Assembly: GCF_000619845.1 (NCBI RefSeq)
Contig: NZ_JHUX01000012.1
Location: forward strand, 1-32,000
From: Alkanindiges illinoisensis DSM 15370
Lineage (GTDB): Bacteria > Pseudomonadota > Gammaproteobacteria > Pseudomonadales > Moraxellaceae
DNA length: 32,000 bases
Direction of reading: 5' to 3'
The notes under the pieces are model-generated. The model searched no databases, was not told the DNA's origin, and was given only the letters and a program-made list of their open reading frames with translations. The translations under genes were made by a program, and so were the position numbers. Below are positions 26,230 to 32,000 of this stretch, one piece after another; positions within the stretch are counted from its first letter, which is position 1; each line of letters begins with the position of its first letter.

Positions 26230-29200
26230 TTCCCCTGACGATGGCAAAGAAAATCCAGTTCATCCTCAAATAACAGATGATGGCGTGCTTCAACAAGCCG
26301 CAGAAAATCCTGCCTCAATCATTCAGGCCAATGGCTGGTTTGACCAGTTAATTCTGGCTGCCATTCGCTTGCGTGGCTGGGTCATGCTGGCGGTGCTGGC
26401 ACTGGTTGGTATCGGTATCTATAGCTACCAGCAGTTACCCATTGATGCGGTGCCGGACATTACCAATGTGCAGGTGCAGATCAATACACAAGCCGCAGGG
26501 TATACCGCACCCGAAGTGGAACAGCGCATTACTTATCCGATTGAAACAGCCATGGCGGGCTTGCCACAGCTTGAGCAAACCCGTTCGCTATCGCGTTATG
26601 GACTGTCACAGGTGACCATTATTTTTCACGAAGGCACCGATATTTACTGGGCGCGCCAGTTGATTAACCAGCGTTTACAGGAAGCACGTGGCCAGTTGCC
26701 GGATGAGGTATCACCGATTATGGCCCCGGTTTCAACGGGCTTGGGTGAAATTTACCAGTGGGCGCTTAAGGCCGATTCAAAAGCCAGAAAAGCAGATGGC
26801 ACAGCCTATAGCTTGAGTGATTTGCGCGAATTGCAGGACTGGGTGGTACGTCCGCAAATTCAACAGGTGGCAGGCGTAGCTGAGGTTAACAGTATAGGCG
26901 GTCATGAAAAACAGTATGTGGTGGAGCCGGATTTTTATGCCTTGCAGCGTTATGGATTAAGTCTGGATGATCTGGCGCAAGCCTTACGCAATAATAATGA
27001 AAATCGTGGTGCGGGAATTGTGGCGCAGCAGGGACAGCAACTGAGTGTTCGCGTACCGGGACAGTTAAGCAGCATTACGGATATTGGCAACGTTGCCATT
27101 GCCAAAAATCAGGACAGTACACTTGGGAGTTCAATTGTCCGGGTTGCTGATGTTGCCAGGGTGGTGGCAGGGCAGGAAATTCGTTCTGGTGCTGCCACGC
27201 TCAATGGACAGGAAACCGTACTGGGCACCGCCATGATGCTCACGGGGGCTAACAGTCGGCAAGTGGCGCAGGCTGTAGATGACAAAATCCGCCAGGTTCG
27301 GCAAAGCCTGCCCAAAGGCGTGGTGCTGGAAACTGTATATAACCGCACCACGCTGGTGGACAAGGCGATTCATACCGTCCAGAAAAACCTGATGGAAGGC
27401 GCGCTGCTGGTGATTGCTGTGCTGTTCCTGTTTCTGGGCAATATCCGCGCAGCACTGATTACCGCCTGTGTGATTCCGCTGGCCATGCTATTTACCTTAA
27501 CTGGCATGGTACAACAAGGCATTAGCGCCAACCTGATGAGTCTGGGTGCACTGGATTTTGGCATTATCATTGATGGCGCAGTGGTGATTGTTGAAAACTG
27601 CATCCGCCACCTTGCCATGGCGCAGCACCGCTTGGGCAGGTTATTGACCCGGCAGGAACGCTTCCATCAGGTGTTTCTGGCGGCACGGCAGGCACGCCGG
27701 CCATTGATTTTTGGCCAGCTAATTATTCTGGTGGTGTATTTGCCCATTTTTGCCTTAACTGGCACTGAGGCCAAGCTGTTTCATCCCATGGCGGCCACGG
27801 TAGTGATTGCCTTAGTTGGCGCGATGATTTTATCGGTTACCTTTGTGCCTGCTGCGGTGGCACTGTTTATTACAGGGCGGGTACAGGAAAAAGAAAATCG
27901 TATCATGCAGGCAGCCAAGCAAGGGTACTTAAAATTACTTAATGCGGCCTATGCCTATCGCTATTTCACCCTCACCACAGCCGTGATGATTTTGCTGCTG
28001 ACCGGTTTGCTGGCCACCCGGATTGGCAGTGAATTTGCACCCACCTTAAGTGAAGGTGATTTTGCGCTGCAAATGCTACGTGCGCCGGGAACCGATTTAC
28101 AGCAATCGGTGCAAATGCAGCAACAACTGGAAAAATCCCTGCTGCAACAGTTTCCGGAAATTGACCGGATTTTTGCCCGAACCGGAACTGCCGAAGTGGC
28201 TGCCGATCCCATGCCACCCAACATTTCTGATGGCTATATTCTCATTAAGCCGCACAGCCAGTGGCCGGATCAAAGTGAAACACTGGATGAACTTAAAAAC
28301 CGGCTACAGGAAGTTGTGGAGCACCAGCTTGGCGCCAACAGTGAGTTTTCGCAGCCGATTGAACTGCGCTTTAATGAACTAATTTCCGGCATTCGTAGTG
28401 ATGTCGGCATTAAGGTGTATGGTGATGATCTGGCGGTGTTAAACCAGACGGCACAACGTATTGCAGCGCGGGTTCGGCAAATTTCCGGCGCGTCAGAAGT
28501 CCAGGTGGAACAAACCAGTGGCTTGCCAGTGTTGACGGTTAATATTGATGCAAATGCCGCTGCGTCCTATGGTTTAAGCAAGCAAACTATTCAAGAGAGT
28601 GTGGCCACAGCCATTGGTGGTACAACCGTCGGCCAGATTTTGCAAGGTGACCGCCGCTTTGACTTAGTAATCCGGCAAAACCAGCAGGCGCAAAGCCCTG
28701 AGCAACTGGCCAGTTTGCCGTTACGGCTGGCTAATGGCGGCGTGATTACATTGTCACAGGTGGCACAGGTTCAAACGGTGCTGGGCATCAACCAGCTTAG
28801 CCGGGAAAATGGTAAGCGGCGTGTTATTGTCACGGCCAATGTCAGCCAGCGTGATCTGGGGTCTTTTGTCAGTGAACTGCAAACCAATCTGCAAGCGATG
28901 GAACTGCCCGCTGGTTACTGGCTGGGTTATGGCGGCCAGTTTGAAAACCTGCAATCGGCCAAACAGCGCATGCAGTGGGTGGTGCCCATGGCTTTGCTGC
29001 TGGTGTTTGCCTTGCTGATGGCAGTGTTTCATAACTGGCGTGACAGCCTGCTGGTGTTTAGTGGTGTACCGTTTGCCTTAACCGGCGGTATTGTAGCGCT
29101 ATGGTGGCGTGACATTCCATTTTCCATGTCAGCCGGGGTCGGCTTTATTGCCCTGTCTGGGGTTGCTGTGCTGAATGGCTTGGTGATGCTCAGTTTTATT

Positions 29201-29503
29201 CGTGAACTGCGCCTGCACCTGGATGTGGTTGAGGCCACGTGGCAGGGTGCCATTCTGCGTCTGCGACCAGTGCTCATGACTGCATTCGTGGCGTCGCTGG
29301 GCTTTATTCCCATGGCACTGTCCAGCGGAACTGGAGCAGAAGTGCAGCGCCCATTAGCCACAGTAGTCATTGGCGGTATTATTTCCTCAACACTGCTAAC
29401 CTTAATGATCTTGCCGATACTGTATCGCTGGCTGAATCGTGGATCAGGGTCAACCCCGGTTTCTACCTCTATTGGCATGCCATCTAATGCCTTGCCAGAA
29501 TAA
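26219..29503 (+). CDS. czcA: Heavy-metal efflux RND pump CzcA (HME-RND)
   Basis: 1094 aa with 12-TM RND topology and motifs such as LGALDFGIIIDGAVVIVEN, typical of CzcA/CusA-type pumps. The start overlaps czcB by 11 nt. Confidence 0.95.
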   Translation: MSTNSPDDGKENPVHPQITDDGVLQQAAENPASIIQANGWFDQLILAAIRLRGWVMLAVLALVGIGIYSYQQLPIDAVPDITNVQVQINTQAAGYTAPEVEQRITYPIETAMAGLPQLEQTRSLSRYGLSQVTIIFHEGTDIYWARQLINQRLQEARGQLPDEVSPIMAPVSTGLGEIYQWALKADSKARKADGTAYSLSDLRELQDWVVRPQIQQVAGVAEVNSIGGHEKQYVVEPDFYALQRYGLSLDDLAQALRNNNENRGAGIVAQQGQQLSVRVPGQLSSITDIGNVAIAKNQDSTLGSSIVRVADVARVVAGQEIRSGAATLNGQETVLGTAMMLTGANSRQVAQAVDDKIRQVRQSLPKGVVLETVYNRTTLVDKAIHTVQKNLMEGALLVIAVLFLFLGNIRAALITACVIPLAMLFTLTGMVQQGISANLMSLGALDFGIIIDGAVVIVENCIRHLAMAQHRLGRLLTRQERFHQVFLAARQARRPLIFGQLIILVVYLPIFALTGTEAKLFHPMAATVVIALVGAMILSVTFVPAAVALFITGRVQEKENRIMQAAKQGYLKLLNAAYAYRYFTLTTAVMILLLTGLLATRIGSEFAPTLSEGDFALQMLRAPGTDLQQSVQMQQQLEKSLLQQFPEIDRIFARTGTAEVAADPMPPNISDGYILIKPHSQWPDQSETLDELKNRLQEVVEHQLGANSEFSQPIELRFNELISGIRSDVGIKVYGDDLAVLNQTAQRIAARVRQISGASEVQVEQTSGLPVLTVNIDANAAASYGLSKQTIQESVATAIGGTTVGQILQGDRRFDLVIRQNQQAQSPEQLASLPLRLANGGVITLSQVAQVQTVLGINQLSRENGKRRVIVTANVSQRDLGSFVSELQTNLQAMELPAGYWLGYGGQFENLQSAKQRMQWVVPMALLLVFALLMAVFHNWRDSLLVFSGVPFALTGGIVALWWRDIPFSMSAGVGFIALSGVAVLNGLVMLSFIRELRLHLDVVEATWQGAILRLRPVLMTAFVASLGFIPMALSSGTGAEVQRPLATVVIGGIISSTLLTLMILPILYRWLNRGSGSTPVSTSIGMPSNALPE

Positions 29504-29513
29504 GGAAAATTCC

Positions 29514-30572
29514 ATGAATGACAGCAAAAAATCTCCTCATGACTCTTCTCCCCATAACCCTGTACCGCATGATCAACACAGTCATGGACATCAGCATGGC
29601 AAAAGTCATAATCATAGCCACCACCATAACCACAATCATGACCATGCCATTTCTGGCCAAAGCCATAGCAAGCGCTTGTGGTGGGCGCTTGGGCTAACCA
29701 GCAGCTTTTTACTCATTGAAGTTATTGGCGGTTTGCTCACCCAGAGTCTGGCATTATTGTCCGATGCAGCGCACATGTTTACGGATACCGCTGCGTTGGC
29801 CATTGCCTTAGCTGCCATTCAAATTGCCAAGCGGCCTGCCGACCAAAAGCGCACCTTTGGCTATCACCGCTTTGAAATTCTGGCGGCTGCCTTTAATGCC
29901 ATTTTGCTGTTTATTGTGGCATTTTATATCGTGTATGAGGCGTGGCTACGCATTCAGCAACCCCCGGAAATCCAGTCTACAGGCATGCTGGGCATTGCTG
30001 TAATTGGTTTGCTGATTAACCTGCTAGCCATGTATCTGCTGGTGGGTGGACAAAAAGACAGCCTGAATGTCAAAGGCGCTTATCTGGAAGTGCTGAGTGA
30101 TGCGCTGGGTTCACTTGGCGTGATTGTGGGTGCCCTGATTATCATGTTTACCGGCTGGCTGTGGGTGGATTCCATGATTGCCGTGGCCATTGGTTTTTGG
30201 GTATTGCCACGTACCTGGGTATTACTGCGTGATAGCCTGAATATCTTGCTGGAAGGCGTACCTGCCAATGTCAGTCTGGATAAAATCAGTGCCGATTTAA
30301 AACAGCTTGACGGTGTGGCTGAGGTGCATGACCTGCATGTGTGGGCACTTACCAGTGGCAAGTCCAGTTTGACGGCGCATCTGGTGGTGCCCAGTGCCGA
30401 TATCCAGCAGGTACTGGAAAATGCCCGGCAACTTTTGGCCCAGCGCCATCAGTTGCATCACATTACCCTGCAATGCGAGCGCATCAGTTGTGCCATGGCA
30501 GAATCAGATGCACACCAGTTTTTGCAGGCCAATCAATCTGCCTCACAGGCTGGACATGGAAATTCCCATTGA
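29514..30572 (+). CDS. czcD: Cation diffusion facilitator CzcD (Zn/Cd/Co exporter)
   Basis: ATG at 29514 with AAGGAAAA upstream, whereas the track starts at 29439 inside czcA. CDF signature LLSDAAHMFTD, FGYHRFEILAA, EVHDLHVWALTSGK. His-rich N-terminus. Confidence 0.93.
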   Translation: MNDSKKSPHDSSPHNPVPHDQHSHGHQHGKSHNHSHHHNHNHDHAISGQSHSKRLWWALGLTSSFLLIEVIGGLLTQSLALLSDAAHMFTDTAALAIALAAIQIAKRPADQKRTFGYHRFEILAAAFNAILLFIVAFYIVYEAWLRIQQPPEIQSTGMLGIAVIGLLINLLAMYLLVGGQKDSLNVKGAYLEVLSDALGSLGVIVGALIIMFTGWLWVDSMIAVAIGFWVLPRTWVLLRDSLNILLEGVPANVSLDKISADLKQLDGVAEVHDLHVWALTSGKSSLTAHLVVPSADIQQVLENARQLLAQRHQLHHITLQCERISCAMAESDAHQFLQANQSASQAGHGNSH

Positions 30573-30631
30573 TTCTCATGCAATATTCAGGTAAATGCCA
30601 CAGGCTGGCAGACACAAGGAATTAGACATTA

Positions 30632-30695
30632 AAAAAGCCTGTACCTTGTTTTGTCATAGAGTTTTATCGTTTGACAAAAGGTTGCAGGCTTTTTA
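30632..30695. terminator. Long imperfect hairpin with flanking A- and T-tracts between convergent czcD and a BOF gene
   Basis: AAAAAGCCTG...TTTTGTCA pairs with TGACAAAA...CAGGCTTTTT (outer 10 bp, inner 8 bp, internal mismatches). Confidence 0.7.
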
Positions 30696-30723
30696 CCTAA
30701 TCCATTTTAGTGATTCAAATTTT

Positions 30724-31167
30724 TTACTGCTGTGCTGACACAGTACGTACTTCATCCACATCCAGTTCAACCTGATTGTCAGACTCGCGGTCAATTTCAC
30801 CAATCAGGATCACTTGAGCCTGCTGGGTAATGGGCTTGCCATGCCATTTCTGGTTGTCAATTTCAACAATCAGGGTGCCAGTGGCATCGCGGAATTCATA
30901 TTTGTCCTTACCCAGCGCCCGAATCACCTGTCCCTGCAAACGTACCTGCGTATCATCCTTTAGGGTTTTTGCCATAGCCACCGTACTTGGTTGAAGTGGC
31001 AGCAGCGCATTTTGGTTTACCACCTGATTCTGCTCAGGCGCAGTCACTGATGTTACAGTTTGGGTAGTATCCCGATGATTTACTGAATTCTGTGGGCTTG
31101 GCTGTGCATAGGCCATTGCTGTGATTAAATTAAGACTAAACAAACTCACCACTACCATGCGTTTCAT
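30724..31167 (-). CDS. YgiW/YdeI (BOF) family periplasmic OB-fold protein, paralog A
   Basis: MKRMVVVSLFSLNLITAMAYA-QP signal peptide. Core KTLKDDTQVRLQGQVIRALGKDKYEFRDATGTLIVEID is typical of the TIGR00156/BOF family. I prefer the ATG at 31167 (GGGGA 5 nt upstream) over 31179. Confidence 0.85.
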   Translation of the reverse strand: MKRMVVVSLFSLNLITAMAYAQPSPQNSVNHRDTTQTVTSVTAPEQNQVVNQNALLPLQPSTVAMAKTLKDDTQVRLQGQVIRALGKDKYEFRDATGTLIVEIDNQKWHGKPITQQAQVILIGEIDRESDNQVELDVDEVRTVSAQQ

Positions 31168-31386
31168 TTTTATCCCCATTTAAAAACCAGAAGCTCCCTA
31201 TACTAGAAGCCTTTAGTTAGCAGGTCATGGCGAAAACGTAAGTTCTTGCTAAGAAATAGTAGTGTTGTGCAACCTAGGCAAGCATTCTGAATACTCTTGA
31301 AAGGACTGAAGCAATAAAGGGTTTGGCCGCAAGAAGCCAATAATTAGCCATTAAGCATGTGACAGGCTGGCTATAATTAGGCTTTA

Positions 31387-31427
31387 ATAAAAAGCGTCCA
31401 GTTAGGTCTATATGCTTTACTGGACGC
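31387..31427 (-). terminator. Intrinsic terminator of BOF paralog B
   Basis: GCGTCCAGT (31394-31402) pairs with ACTGGACGC (31419-31427). On the minus strand it is followed by TTTTTAT. Confidence 0.7.
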
Positions 31428-31455
31428 ACCGGACCAATGATGCATCAGGAAATCT

Positions 31456-31824
31456 TTAAGGGTTAATACGGACTTCATCTACATCAACTTCAACTGTTTT
31501 CTTGGGAAAACGGTCATGATCCACTTCACCCACTAAAGTTACCTTTACACTGGAGTCTACAGGCTGTCCATTCCATTTTTCATCATCAATATCGACTACA
31601 ATAGTGCCGCTTGCATCCTTAAACTCATATTTTTCGTCACCCATGGCACGTAGAATCTGGCCATTTAACACGACCTTGCTGTCATCTTTTAAAGTTTTTG
31701 CCTGTGCAACAGTTACTGTAGCAATCTGTGTGGCTGTAAGCGCAGCCTGATTAACGGGTTGGGCATAGGTCATGCTTGTCGCTAAGCCAAGACTCATCAA
31801 ACCTGCTATTACTGCATATTTCAT
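31456..31824 (-). CDS. YgiW/YdeI (BOF) family periplasmic OB-fold protein, paralog B
   Basis: MKYAVIAGLMSLGLATSMTYA-QP. Core KTLKDDSKVVLNGQILRAMGDEKYEFKDASGTIVVDID. The track's GTG start at 31833 is part of the AGGTGA SD for the ATG at 31824. Confidence 0.85.
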   Translation of the reverse strand: MKYAVIAGLMSLGLATSMTYAQPVNQAALTATQIATVTVAQAKTLKDDSKVVLNGQILRAMGDEKYEFKDASGTIVVDIDDEKWNGQPVDSSVKVTLVGEVDHDRFPKKTVEVDVDEVRINP

Positions 31825-32000
31825 TGTTCTCACCTAATTTTTTCAATCATAGGGTTGTACTATAGGAGAAGTTTTTTAACTATTAATGAATAAACAGTGA
31901 GTTCTTATTACTAATGCTTATCAATAGCGTATGTTGTGTTATTGCCTATTAAATGACTGTACCAAACCAGCCGCCAATCAAATGGGTACACAGCATGGCC

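Noticed and set aside
31949-32000. Possible 3' end of a minus-strand gene (...AMLCTHLIGGWFGTVI*) at the window edge
   Set aside because: Only 16 codons are visible, which is too little to call a CDS or a family.
1-32000. CRISPR arrays, IS elements or transposases, prophage genes, toxin-antitoxin pairs and known defence-system signatures
   Set aside because: I found no regularly spaced direct repeats, no transposase, integrase or recombinase-like ORFs, and no nucleotide-sensing or NTPase/nuclease gene pairs other than the lone secreted DRGH nuclease.

Overview
The window looks like a gammaproteobacterial chromosome. From my recollection of RpoB, RpoC and L7/L12 sequences it is Moraxellaceae and Acinetobacter-like, but I ran no search. 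Positions 1-12.8 kb hold the conserved block tuf(3' end)-tRNA-Trp-secE-nusG-rplK-rplA-rplJ-rplL-rpoB-rpoC, with the expected long leaders and attenuators. Positions 12.8-22.6 kb are a mix of small accessory and housekeeping genes: a lipoprotein, a RidA-family protein, a secreted hypothetical protein, an Asp-nucleophile alpha/beta hydrolase, tRNA-Ser(GGA), kup, two low-complexity secreted proteins, a secreted DRGH non-specific nuclease, a small acidic protein, ychJ and a UPF0126/TRIC-type membrane protein. Positions 22.8-30.6 kb hold a heavy-metal efflux operon (CzcI-like gene, czcC, czcB, czcA, czcD) with very His-rich termini. Two tandem YgiW/BOF-family OB-fold periplasmic paralogs follow on the opposite strand. 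I see no rRNA, CRISPR array, IS element, transposase, integrase, prophage or recognisable defence system, and no convincing multi-gene novel system. The most unusual locus is 18.0-19.8 kb. There, a Met-rich and a Ser/Thr/Ala-rich secreted low-complexity protein gene flank about 1 kb of AT-rich, ORF-free DNA. That DNA carries two copies of a hairpin element with an identical 22-nt core. One copy has the full architecture of a terminator-ended base-pairing sRNA on the minus strand. All functional calls rest on reading the translated ORFs and motifs by eye. No database search was possible.
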